A stretch of DNA of 64,000 nt from an uncultured delta proteobacterium (GTDB lineage Bacteria > Desulfobacterota > RBG-13-43-22): positions 416,001 to 480,000 of the forward strand of contig CAVQFQ010000017.1 of NCBI GenBank assembly GCA_963711835.1. Reading direction: 5' to 3'. Made by a program: the position numbers and the translations under genes. The notes below the pieces were generated by a model. That model was given only the letters and a program-made list of their open reading frames with translations. It searched no databases and was not told the origin of the DNA. Shown here piece by piece: positions 40,850 to 51,017 of the stretch. How positions within the stretch are numbered: position 1 is the first letter of the stretch; every line of letters begins with the position of its first letter.

Positions 40850-41165
40850 GTTTTTTTTAGCCCCCCCAATTTCTCTTCTTTACCACTTAGGTCTGTTGAT
40901 AGGTAAAAATTACCTCCCCCCCGAATGTCTTCCTTAACTATTCAAGTAATATGTTCCTCGACTCGGTATTATTTTAATCTACCCCAATGTCAATCTTTTT
41001 AAAGCTCCAAGCGCTCCCACACTCCCGGCCAACTTTTTTCCCACCGCCTCTTTAGGTTTCCCAGGAAACTAAGAGTCAAGAGCAGACTCAACCCTTCAAA
41101 TTTATGCAACTTCGAGGTTCACTCCCTTGAAAGGAAGGGTGTCCCTGGTTTTTAAAAGATAGATA

Positions 41166-41201
41166 TTGACAGTAAAATTTAACGTTGTTATTATCTCCAA
41201 C
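41166..41201 (+). promoter_or_regulatory. sigma70 promoter with overlapping palindromic operator for the toxin-antitoxin pair
   Basis: TTGACA-17 bp-TATTAT; GTTG-N10-CAAC (41184-41201); ATG 7 nt after the -10 box. Confidence 0.6.
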
Positions 41202-41486
41202 ATGGAGGCAAGGCTGCTATTAAACGAACGCCATGTCATAGACAAAGACGCCTTCGTTGAAATGGTGGTCTGGAGATTGTCGTCCCCCCTTGCCGGAAGT
41301 CCTCACCGCTTCAAGTATAGGCTGGCACTGATTATCAAAGGCATTTGCGTTTTGCGCTTCGACAATGAGGCTGGCAAGGGCGATCATAAACACTTTGGCG
41401 AGGAAGAGGTTCCCTACCATTTCACCACACCCCAGGACTTGCTTGATGATTTCTGGGGTGAAGTAGACCATTATTGGAGGCTCTGA
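41202..41486 (+). CDS. DUF6516/TumE-family putative toxin
   Basis: VWRL..P..GS.H.FKYRL, LRFDNEAGKGDHKH and Y.F.....LL.DF motifs. Confidence 0.8.
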   Translation: MEARLLLNERHVIDKDAFVEMVVWRLSSPLAGSPHRFKYRLALIIKGICVLRFDNEAGKGDHKHFGEEEVPYHFTTPQDLLDDFWGEVDHYWRL

Positions 41487-41487
41487 G

Positions 41488-41829
41488 ATGCGTACCGTAA
41501 CATTGGAAGTATCTTCTCGTAAAAAAATCAGTCAACGATTTCAGCGAGCGTTCAAAGGAGAATCGCCGGGGGCCTTTATCAGCTTCGATTCACCTGCGCT
41601 TCTTTTCAGGATACTCTCGGGAAAACGCTGGGACTTGCTTAAGGTTATGACCGGAGCAGGACCGATGACAATTCGTGAGGCTGCGCGACGGCTTGCAAGG
41701 GATATAAAGGCGGTACATGGTGACGTCCATGCACTTTTGAACGCCGGCATTTTGCAGAAAACCGCAAATGGCCTCATTGTTTTTCCCTTTGACGAGGTGC
41801 ATGTGGATTTTATGCTTAAAGCCGCATGA
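41488..41829 (+). CDS. HVO_A0114-like HTH DNA-binding protein (putative antitoxin)
   Basis: SF.SP..L..IL..KRW.LL, TIREAARRLARDIKAVHGDVHAL and FPFDEVHVDF; 1 bp after the toxin. Confidence 0.8.
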   Translation: MRTVTLEVSSRKKISQRFQRAFKGESPGAFISFDSPALLFRILSGKRWDLLKVMTGAGPMTIREAARRLARDIKAVHGDVHALLNAGILQKTANGLIVFPFDEVHVDFMLKAA

Positions 41830-42229
41830 ATTTCAGGGTTATGGCGGTGTTAGGTATTTTTCTTCAATAGTCAGGTGCATCCTTGAATTCGTTGACTTGC
41901 GATTCTTCAACCCCCAATTTTATTTTTCCCCCGCAACCCCATCTCCGGCAGCTTAGCTTTGGGAACGGCTCGCTGGCATTCCGGACGGTTACAATACCCC
42001 TGGTTCTTAATCCGGGGATTTGAAAGAAAAAAAGATTGGCAATGCCGACATCGGTTCCGGTCCATGGCGTCCCTCCCGGGGAAACCATAAATCGGTCAGC
42101 GGTTCTCTGAAACGGAAGAAAATTAGAAAAAGAGGAATGGTAGGGGAAGAAAAAGGAAGAAAATAGATCCTTGGCCGGGTTCTACTCCGGTGCCCCTGGC
42201 CTACTTCTTAACCGAAGTAAATGGTAGGC

Positions 42230-43483
42230 TTACTGACTGGTGATGATAATCGGTAACCAGAGCATGGCCGTGGGGATTAAATAGAGCTCGGCGGTGTCGA
42301 TGTAGGCGCCGTTCGTGGCCCCGCCCCCGGCCACCAGGACCTGGCTGTTGGGCAAAAGAGTAGCCGTGTGGTAAGCCCGCCCGGTAGACATGGAACGCGT
42401 GGCGGTCCAGGTCCCCGTGGCCGGGTTGTAGAGCTCGGCGCTGGTCGGGTCGCTCCCGGTGCCCCCGGCCACCAGGACCTGGCCGTTGGGCAAAAGAGTA
42501 GCCGTGTGGGCAGCCCGCGTGGTGGCCATGGAACCGGTGGCGGCCCAGGTCCCCGTGGCCGGGTCGTAGAGCTCAGCGCTGGCCAGGTAGGGCGCACCAC
42601 CCGCTACCAGGACCTGGCCGTTGGGCAGCAGGGTGGCGGTGTGTAGTTGGACGATAATAACCATGGAGCCGGTAGCGGTCCAGGTTCCGTTGCCGGGTCG
42701 TAGAGCTCGGCTTGGTCCGCAGCGAGGAGCCCGCCCCCGGCCACCAGGACCTGGCCGTTGGCCAGCAGGGTGGCCGTGTGTAGGAGGTGAGCCGTGGCCA
42801 GGGAACCGGTGGCGGTCCAGGTCCCCGTGGCCGGGTCGTAGAGCTCGGCGCTGGCCAGGTAGCCAGCTGGTACATTATAGCCCCCGGCCACCAGGACCTT
42901 GCCGTTGGGCAGCAGGGTGGCCGTGTGGTAGTTCGCGGGCCGTGGTCAGGGAGCCGGTGGCGGTCCAGGTCCCCGTGGCCGGGTCGTAGAGCTCGGCGCT
43001 GGCCAGGACACGACTGGCACGTTACAGCCCCCGGCCACCAGGACCTTGCCGTTGGGCAGCAGGGTGGCCGTGTGACAATGCGCGGGCGGTGGTGAGGGAG
43101 CCGGTGGCGGTCCAGGTCCCCGTGGCCGGGTCGTAGAGCTCGGCGCTGTCCAGGATGCCGTGCTGCCTGATACCAACGCCCCCCGCCACCAGGACCTTGC
43201 CGTTGGGCAGCAGGGTGGCCGTGTGATGGGAGCGACGGCCGGTGGTCAGGGAGCCGGTGGCGGTCCAGGTGTCCGCCGCCCAGGCCGCCCGGGGCAGCAC
43301 CAGGCTCAAGGTCAGGATGAGAAAAAGAGAAAAAGCCAACGCCCCGAGATAGGCCCCGGCAGATCCACGCGTGTGCCACGAGGCGCTCTCGTGGAAGATC
43401 TCTGTGAGCGTCTTCATGACGCCCGAGTTGAAGGCCTCGTAACCCCGTCGCACGGTCTCGGCGTTTTTTTCTGCCTCGTTCAT
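42230..43483 (-). pseudogene. Seven-repeat Kelch beta-propeller gene with four frameshifts, fused in-frame to a SnoaL-like N-terminal fragment
   Basis: Seven copies of TWTATGS[28 protein letters not shown]; signal-like segment before repeat 1; GC much higher than the flanks. Confidence 0.8.
42281..43272 (-). repeat. Seven near-identical ~135-150 bp Kelch-coding tandem repeats
   Basis: (C/T)ACCAGGACCT and AGAGCTC(G/A)GC each recur seven times with variable spacers. Confidence 0.9.
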
Positions 43484-43842
43484 GGTGTAGTCCTCCTTTA
43501 GGTTGTGATCGGTGATTGGCGTCTACTCCACGATGTTCTTAGCTTACATTATAAGCTTAAAAATAGAAATAGGGTAAATAGCGTAATTTATGAAGTGAAA
43601 TACTGTATTTTAAGAGGTAGAAGTCAGGGTAACGTAACCCTATGCATTGACTGAGTTTGCAGATAAGAGCTGTTAAGGGTGAACTCCCCTTGAGGCGAAG
43701 TCCTGCGGAAGCTTAAATCCCCAGTGCCTTGTTAACGAGTAGCGTTAGAAATCATTCGGGAATGGCCAAAATTAGAAAACACGATTTCAGGAAGAAGGCA
43801 ATACCCCGAATATGGACCAATCATTGGCCCTAAACAAACAAG

Positions 43843-44196
43843 TTAAAACTTGCCCCAATTCTTACCCAAGTATATCTGGATGCCCTGACCGGGGAAATAG
43901 GCCGGATAAAGATTAACAAACTTTTCGAGGTCCGCTGCATAATTTTCATCGGGGAGGACCCCCACAACCTTGGCCAGGAACAAGAGGGCCAGGGATGGGA
44001 CCCGGGAATCTCCACGATTGCAATGAATCAAAAGGTTTTTCCCATCCTCCCAATGCTGCCGGGCAAATCTTAAAAACTCAGAGAAAAGGGCCGGCATGAA
44101 TAACGGCTCGGAAGGATCGATCATGTTCAGGTAGAGGTTATTGGGGCGATCAAGGACCAAATAATGAGGATGGCTTTTTACCTTCTTTGCCACCAT
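43843..44196 (-). CDS. Dual-specificity/tyrosine phosphatase-like protein, possibly N-terminally truncated
   Basis: LIHCNRGDSR gives the HCx5R P-loop; LYLNMID upstream. Confidence 0.65.
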   Translation of the reverse strand: MVAKKVKSHPHYLVLDRPNNLYLNMIDPSEPLFMPALFSEFLRFARQHWEDGKNLLIHCNRGDSRVPSLALLFLAKVVGVLPDENYAADLEKFVNLYPAYFPGQGIQIYLGKNWGKF

Positions 44197-44283
44197 GTCT
44201 GTTGATACGTAAAAAAGATCCTTGACACGATTTTCGTGTTTCCCTCTGTGCGATCTTGGAGAAGGTTAATCATTGTAAAGCCG

Positions 44284-45718
44284 TTACTGAGACGCCACCT
44301 TAATTTGGTCGCTCCCCCCGCCTAATACAGTGTAGAGCCTCACTTGGTTGGCGAGCTTGGCCAAGCGAAGCGCAACCAGCCCCTGCTGTGCCGCATAGAG
44401 AGAACGCAGGGCATCCAGGACGCCCAGGTAGCTGTCAATTCCCCTGGCATAACGTGCAGTGGAAAGGCGGTAGGTTTTAGCAGTCGCCTCTACCAGGGAT
44501 TGTTGCGCCGACAACTGCTGCTCCACCGTGCCCCAAACGGCCAGGGCATCGGCCACTTCCCTGAAGGCCGTCTGAATCGCCTTCTGGTATTGGGCCAGGG
44601 CGATTTCCTTTTCTACTTTCGTGGCCTCCAGGGCCGACCACACCCGGGCATCAAAAATCGGTATTTTGATCTGTGGGGCGAAACTCCAGGTATCCGAACC
44701 GGAGTTAAAAAGCCCGGATAGCTGGCTGCTGGCGGTTCCGACCGAGGCGGTCAGCGATATCCGGGGAAAGAGCGCCGCCCTGGCCGCTCCGATATTGGCG
44801 TTGGCCGCCTTGAGCCGGTGTTCCCCGGCCATAATATCCGGTCGATGAAGGAGCACCTCGGAGGAGAGGCCGGCGGATATTTCTGGAAGAGGCTTAATGC
44901 TGCTCAGGTCCGCCGGCACGAGTCTCACTTGGCCTCGGGAACGAGGAGCCGATCAGGAGGTTCAGGGCGTTTTCATCCTGCGCCGCCAGTTGCCTAAAGC
45001 GGGCCATGTCTCCCCGAGCGGTGTCCACTTGCGTTTGAGCCCGATTGAGATCCAGTTCGGAGGCGAGCCCGACTTCATGGCGTCGTTTGATCAATTCATA
45101 GGCGCCTTTTTGCGTTTCCCAGGTGATTTCCGCCAGCTTGAGATTTTCCCTGTCCGCAGCCAGGGTCAGATAGGCGTTGGCCACCGCGGATACCAGCAGG
45201 ATCTGCGTGCTGCGGCGGGCCTGATCCGTGGCCAGGAACTCTTCCAGCGCCCGATCCTTCAGGCTGCGGATGCGGCCGAAGAAATCGATCTCCCAGGAAC
45301 TGAGGCCCAGATTGACGCTGTACTGCTCCGCGGTCATCGATTGCCCGGTGGTCGAAAGATCAGCCGGCACACGCTGTTTGCTCCCATTGGCGGTCGCATC
45401 GATCATAGGGAACAGTTCAGCCCGTTGGATGCCGTATAAGGCCCGAGCCCGTTCGACATTTAAGGCGGCCAGCCGTAGATCTCGGTTGTTGTCCAGGGCC
45501 GTCGCGATCACTTTTTGCAGGCGATCATCGGTGAAAAATTCCCGCCAGGGTAACTCGTTTGCCGTGGGTGTGCCAGACCGCGCGGGTGTTTCTTTGTAGG
45601 CCGCACCGGTGGGCCAACCGGCAGGGACCGGGGCTTCCGGCCTGGTGTATCGGGGGGCCAGGGTGCAGCCGGTCAGAAAGACGAACATTCCAATCGTTAG
45701 AAGGAGGTTTCTATTCAT
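44284..45718 (-). pseudogene. OprM/NodT-family efflux outer membrane lipoprotein with one net +1 frameshift (~44923; possible sequencing error)
   Basis: Lipobox FLTGC, NNRDLR, SWEIDFFG, RPDI..AE..L.AANANIGAARAA.FP and LYTVLGGG motifs. Confidence 0.88.
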
Positions 45719-48700
45719 GGGATTGATCCCCTGATGGATTGATTTCCGCCATCTTAGCCGCTTTCCGCTTTCTGTGCTTGCCAAAGGTCTTCTCGATCAC
45801 CACAAAAAAAAGCGGTACAAATAAGGTTACCAGGAAGGTGGCCGTAATCACTCCCCCAAGCACGGCGGTGCCGATGGCCTTTTGCGCGCCTGCGCCCGCC
45901 CCGCTGGCAAAAGCCAGGGGCAGAACCCCAAATCCGAAGGCCAGTGAGGTCATAATGATGGGACGCATCCTCAGTTTCGAGGCTTCCATTGTCGCTTCGA
46001 TCAGGTCCTCCCCTTCTTCCACCCGTGCCTTGGCAAACTGGACGATCAGGATGGCGTTCTTGGTGGTCAGGCCTAAAGTGGTCAACAGACCAAGCTGGAA
46101 ATAGACATCATTGGGCAACCCCCGAAGCGATGAGGCGATCACGCCCCCGATGACCCCCAGGGGCAGGCCCAACAGGATCGAAATGGGGATGGGCCAGCTC
46201 TCATACAGGGCCGCCAGGCACAGAAAGATCACCAGAATGGAAAAGGCGTAAAGGGGAGCGGCCTGGGCACCGGACTGCCGCTCCTGGTAGGAAAGCCCGG
46301 TCCAGTCAAAGCCGATCCCTTGTGGTAACTTCCTGACAAACCCCTCCATGGCCTGCATCGCTTCACCAGAGCTTCTCCCCGGCGCCGCCTCACCCACGAT
46401 GTTCAGGGAAGGAAAGCCATTGAAGCGCTCCAGTTTCGGAGAGCCGGAAGTCCAGTGCCCAGAGGCAAAAGAGGCGAAGGGGACCATCTTGCCCGTGTTG
46501 TTGCGCAGATAGATTTTTTCCAGATCCCCGGGCAACATGCGGTAGGGAGCGTCGGCCTGGACATAGACCCTCTTGACGCGGCCGCCTTGAATGAAGTCGT
46601 TGATATAGGCGCTGCCGAAGGCCGCCGAGATCGTGTTGTGGATCGAGGTGATGGGCACTCCCAAGGCCCCGGCCTTCTCCCAATCCACGTCAATCCGGTA
46701 TTCAGGGACATCTTCGAGACCGTTGGGCCGGACCTTGGTCAATACCGGGTCCTTTGCCGCCAGGCCGAGAAGCTGGTTGCGGGCTGCCATCAGGTTCCCG
46801 TGGCCCAGACCGCCGCGGTCCAGCAACTGAAAATCAAAACCCTTGGCCTGGCCCAGTTCCACCACCGCTGGCGGCGCGAAGGCAAATACCATGGCGTTGC
46901 GGATCTTGGAAAACTCCCCCATGGCCCTTCCGGCCACGGCGCCAACCTTCAGCTCAGGCCGGTTGCGGAGATCCCAATCCTTGAGCTTGACGAAGGCCAG
47001 GCCCGCGTTCTGGCCCCTGCCGGAAAAGCCTACGCCGGAAACCGTCATGAGGGCTTCGACCGCGTTCTTCTCGTGCCCCAGGAAATGATCCTGGACTCTC
47101 TTCATGACCTTGTCGGTTTGCTCCAGGGTCGAGTTCGCCGGAAGCATGGCCTGAACCATAAGGATTCCCTGGTCTTCATCCGGGAGATAGGCGGTAGGCA
47201 TCCGTTTAAAGAGGAATCCCATCGCCGCCACGATCAGAAGAAATATTACCACGTAGCGGATCTTTTTAGAGAGGGACTGGCCCACAAGTTGTAGATACCG
47301 GTCTCTGGCTCGAAAAAAGATGCGCTCAAACCAGCGGAAAAACGGTCGCAGAAACCAGATCCCTCCTTCCGCCGGCTCGTGCCCCTGGGGCACCGGCTTG
47401 AGAAAGGAGGCGCATAAGACCGGCGTCAGGACCAGGGCCACCACCACCGAAAGAAGCATGGAGGCTATGATGGTCACGGAGAACTGACGGTAGATGACAC
47501 CAGTGGAACCGCTGAAAAAGGCCATAGGCCCGAAGACAGCCGAGAGCACCAGCCCGATGCCGATCAAGGCACTGGTGATCTGGTCCATGGACTTGCGGGT
47601 GGCCTCCTTGGGAGAAAGTCCTTCCTCGCTCATGATTCTTGCTACATTCTCCACCACCACGATGGCGTCGTCCACCAGCAGGCCGATAGCCAACACCATG
47701 GCGAACATAGTCAGCATGTTGATGGAGAAACCGAAAAGCCCCAGCACTGCGAAGGTTCCCAGGATGACCACCGGCACGGCGATGGTCGGGATCAAGGTGG
47801 CCCGCATGTTTCCCAGGAACAGATACATGACCAGGAACACCAGCAGGATCGCCTCGAGCAGGGTCTTGACCACCTCCTTGATGGCCACCTTGACGAAGGG
47901 CGTGGTGTCGTAGGGATAAACGATCTTCATACCGGCGGGGAAGAAATGGCTCATCTCTTCCAACTTGGTTCTAACGGCATCGGCCGTATCCAGGGCATTG
48001 GCGCCGGCCGCCTGACGGATGGCCAGAGCGGCGGAGGGCCGGCCGTTGTAATAGGCTTGGATATCGTAAAGTTCGGTCCCGAGTTCCGTTCGCCCCACAT
48101 CCTTGACCCGGACGATGGATCCATCCGGATTGGTGCGCAGCGGGATCGCGGCAAACTCCTCGGGCGTCTTGAGCAGGCTCTGGACAATGATGGCGGCATT
48201 CAGACGCTGGCCTTTGACCGCCGGCGCCCCGCCGAACTGCCCCGCGGACACCTCCACGTTGTAGGCCCGTAGCGCCGTGATGACGTCTTGAACCGTCATC
48301 TGGAAATCGGTCAGCCGGTCGGGGTTGAGCCAGACTCGCATGGCATACTGGCTGCCGAAGATCTCCACCTCACCCACACCCGGCACCCGCGAAAGCACCT
48401 TCTCGAGATTGGACTGGGCATAGTCCCGCAAATCATTCCCATCCATGCTCTCGTCTTCCGAGATCAGGCCGACGATCAACAGGTAGTTCCGGGTGGATTT
48501 GGCCACCTTGACGCCAGAGCGCTGCACCACCTCCGGCAGGCTGGCCATGGCGAGCTGGAGCTTGTTCTGAACCTGGGCCCAGGCCAGGTCCGGATCGGTC
48601 CCTGGGGCAAAGGTCAGCTCGACGCGGGAAGAACCGGCCGAATCACTGGTCGCCGACAAATACAACATCTTGTCGAATCCGGTCATCTTCTGTTCGATGA

Positions 48701-48893
48701 TCTGCGTCACACTGTTCTCAACGGTCTCCGCCGATGCTCCCGGATAAAAGGAGGTAATGGCAATGGATGGAGGGGCGATGGGAGGATACTGCGAGATGGG
48801 CAGATTGTAGATGGCCAAGCCGCCCCCCACCATCAAGATAATGGCGATGACCCAGGCAAAAACCGGACGGTCAAGAAAAAATCGCGATAACAT
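45711..48893 (-). CDS. acrB: AcrB/MexB-family multidrug efflux RND permease
   Basis: [30 protein letters not shown] and R.RPIIMTS; 1060 aa. Confidence 0.95.
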   Translation of the reverse strand: MLSRFFLDRPVFAWVIAIILMVGGGLAIYNLPISQYPPIAPPSIAITSFYPGASAETVENSVTQIIEQKMTGFDKMLYLSATSDSAGSSRVELTFAPGTDPDLAWAQVQNKLQLAMASLPEVVQRSGVKVAKSTRNYLLIVGLISEDESMDGNDLRDYAQSNLEKVLSRVPGVGEVEIFGSQYAMRVWLNPDRLTDFQMTVQDVITALRAYNVEVSAGQFGGAPAVKGQRLNAAIIVQSLLKTPEEFAAIPLRTNPDGSIVRVKDVGRTELGTELYDIQAYYNGRPSAALAIRQAAGANALDTADAVRTKLEEMSHFFPAGMKIVYPYDTTPFVKVAIKEVVKTLLEAILLVFLVMYLFLGNMRATLIPTIAVPVVILGTFAVLGLFGFSINMLTMFAMVLAIGLLVDDAIVVVENVARIMSEEGLSPKEATRKSMDQITSALIGIGLVLSAVFGPMAFFSGSTGVIYRQFSVTIIASMLLSVVVALVLTPVLCASFLKPVPQGHEPAEGGIWFLRPFFRWFERIFFRARDRYLQLVGQSLSKKIRYVVIFLLIVAAMGFLFKRMPTAYLPDEDQGILMVQAMLPANSTLEQTDKVMKRVQDHFLGHEKNAVEALMTVSGVGFSGRGQNAGLAFVKLKDWDLRNRPELKVGAVAGRAMGEFSKIRNAMVFAFAPPAVVELGQAKGFDFQLLDRGGLGHGNLMAARNQLLGLAAKDPVLTKVRPNGLEDVPEYRIDVDWEKAGALGVPITSIHNTISAAFGSAYINDFIQGGRVKRVYVQADAPYRMLPGDLEKIYLRNNTGKMVPFASFASGHWTSGSPKLERFNGFPSLNIVGEAAPGRSSGEAMQAMEGFVRKLPQGIGFDWTGLSYQERQSGAQAAPLYAFSILVIFLCLAALYESWPIPISILLGLPLGVIGGVIASSLRGLPNDVYFQLGLLTTLGLTTKNAILIVQFAKARVEEGEDLIEATMEASKLRMRPIIMTSLAFGFGVLPLAFASGAGAGAQKAIGTAVLGGVITATFLVTLFVPLFFVVIEKTFGKHRKRKAAKMAEINPSGDQSHE

Positions 48894-48905
48894 AACGCGT
48901 CTCCG

Positions 48906-50117
48906 TCAGTTTGATTTTGGGGCCGGCTGGCCCGTCCTATCAGGCACAGCCCCACCCGTTCCAGTCTCCTTAAAAGGGCCCACCTTTACGGAAGCGCCCG
49001 GCCGCACTTTTTGAAGGCCCTCGACGATCACCTGATCGCCGGGTGTCAGGCCGGAGGTGACCAGCCACTGGTCCTTGATGGCCCGGTCCAGGCCGAGCAT
49101 CCGTTGTCCAACCTTGCCCGCGTTGTCCACAATCAGGGCCACGGGATTCCCCTTGGGATCGCGTGACACAGCCTGCTGGGGAATCAGGATGGCCTGCTCA
49201 TTGACGCCCTCCTTCACCACCGCCCGGACGAACATGCCCGGCAGGAGAATCCGTTGCGGATTGGGAAAGACCACCCGCAGGGTGACCGCCCCGGTGGACT
49301 GATCGACCGTGACATCGCGAAACTGAAGGGTCCCTTCCCGGGGATAGGCTGTGTTATCTTCCAGAATAAGTTTGACCTTTTTCTGGTTTTTCCCATCCTG
49401 GTTCAGGCGGCCGCCTTCCAGTCGCTGCTTCAATCGCAACAGCTCGGAGGTGGATTGGGGAACATCCACGTATATGGGGTCAAGTTGTTGAATCGTCGCC
49501 AGGGGAGAGGGTTGATGCGCCGTCACCAGCGCCCCCTCCGTCACATTGGATTTTCCGATAAGACCGGTGACGGGGGCGATGATGCTGGCGTATCCCAGAT
49601 TGATGCGGGCCGACTCCAACGTTGCTTTCCCAACCTGGATATCGGCTTCAGCCTGTTTCAGAGCGGCGGCGGCATCATCAACGTCCTGCTGACTGACCGC
49701 CTTATCAAGGATCAATTCTCTTAAACGTTCGGCCCTCAACCGGGTCGCCGGCAGATTGGCCTCGGCCCTGCTGAGGACGGCTTTGGCATTGTCAAGGGCC
49801 GCCTGAAAGGGGGCGGGATCGATTTGATAAAGCACTTGACCGGCCTTGACTTCCGAACCTTCGGTAAAGAGGCGTTTGAGTATGAGACCGTTGACCTGGG
49901 GGCGTATTTCCGCCACCCGATAAGCCGATGTGCGGCCCGGCAGTTCGGTGGTCAGCACGATGGACTGCCGGGCTGCCTTGACCGTGGCCACCTCCGGGAT
50001 TGGGGGCGGAGGGGTTGGGGGTTTGCGTTCGCACCCGACCAGGAAGAGGCCAATGAAGGCAGCCGCCAGAGCCAGACCACCAACTTGTAATTCAGCGATA
50101 TTTTTAAGAAGTTGCAT
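48906..50117 (-). CDS. acrA: AcrA/MexA-family periplasmic adaptor lipoprotein
   Basis: Lipobox LVGC, ELPGRT, EIRPQVNG, LYQIDP and LLPGMFVRA motifs. Confidence 0.93.
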   Translation of the reverse strand: MQLLKNIAELQVGGLALAAAFIGLFLVGCERKPPTPPPPIPEVATVKAARQSIVLTTELPGRTSAYRVAEIRPQVNGLILKRLFTEGSEVKAGQVLYQIDPAPFQAALDNAKAVLSRAEANLPATRLRAERLRELILDKAVSQQDVDDAAAALKQAEADIQVGKATLESARINLGYASIIAPVTGLIGKSNVTEGALVTAHQPSPLATIQQLDPIYVDVPQSTSELLRLKQRLEGGRLNQDGKNQKKVKLILEDNTAYPREGTLQFRDVTVDQSTGAVTLRVVFPNPQRILLPGMFVRAVVKEGVNEQAILIPQQAVSRDPKGNPVALIVDNAGKVGQRMLGLDRAIKDQWLVTSGLTPGDQVIVEGLQKVRPGASVKVGPFKETGTGGAVPDRTGQPAPKSN

Positions 50118-50179
50118 TAAAAAAACCTCCAGGAAAGAATGATGGGATCGGAGCGATTCCGCAACGTGTCGAAATTGAT

Positions 50180-50803
50180 TTACTGCGCCACCAATCCATT
50201 GAAGATAATGTTCAGGATCACGTCAGGATCCTCAGGGTAAGGATGCCGATCAGGCGAATCCAACCACAGAAATAGAAAGGTCCTGGTGATGCTGTCAAGG
50301 GCGACCGCTAAAAGGTAGGGGTCTGCGATTTTTTTGAATCGTTTTTTTTTAATCCCGCTGGCAAAAACGGCCGCGAGCGTTTGGATGTTCTTTTTCTGTA
50401 TCTCACGGATTTCGGCATCAAGCCCCGCCCTGAGATTGAAGCTCGTTACCTGGGCCTCAACTAAAAAGAGGCGAATCGCTGCAAGGTTGGCCCGAAAAAC
50501 TTCGCCTTTGACCTTGACATAGTTTCGGAGTTTTCCGATTTCGTCATCCCTGGCTTTAATCGCTTCCTGGAGCGCTGCTTGGAATTTATCGGCCAGATCG
50601 AGAATAAGTGTTTGATAGAGATCTTCTTTATTTTTAAAGAATTTGTAGAGCGTGCCGATGGCGAATTCGGACTCCTGGGCGATCTCGCTCATCGAGACGT
50701 TGTAGTATCCCTTTTCCGAGAAAAGATCGAGCGCGGCGGCCAGCATCTCTTGGCGTTGCCTGACCTTTTCTCTTTCCCGCCTGGGAAGTTTCCCCTCTTC
50801 CAT
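50180..50803 (-). CDS. TetR/AcrR-family transcriptional regulator
   Basis: AALDLFSEKGY...IA......GTLY..FKNKEDL HTH. Confidence 0.92.
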   Translation of the reverse strand: MEEGKLPRREREKVRQRQEMLAAALDLFSEKGYYNVSMSEIAQESEFAIGTLYKFFKNKEDLYQTLILDLADKFQAALQEAIKARDDEIGKLRNYVKVKGEVFRANLAAIRLFLVEAQVTSFNLRAGLDAEIREIQKKNIQTLAAVFASGIKKKRFKKIADPYLLAVALDSITRTFLFLWLDSPDRHPYPEDPDVILNIIFNGLVAQ

Positions 50804-51017
50804 TCTTTGGCTCCTAAAATTGAACGTGGTGTCATAATTTAAAATATTAATTCACCTTGTCAAGCAAAATCGAGGCTGGGATTTTCCGATTGAAAGTGAT
50901 TTTAGCGTGCCCCAGCCTATAATACCAAACTTGACCCAATTCGAATACTGATAGACTCCCATAGTTATAAGGCAGAACAGGAGCATGAAATCTCGCGAGG
51001 AATGCTCTCGGCGACGC

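Noticed and set aside
41864-42088. 74-aa minus-strand ORF between the TA pair and the Kelch gene
   Set aside because: No clear RBS or family motif; cannot be supported.
42281-43272. CRISPR array or diversity-generating retroelement
   Set aside because: Repeats are Kelch-coding with codon periodicity; no cas or reverse transcriptase genes; variation is not adenine-specific.
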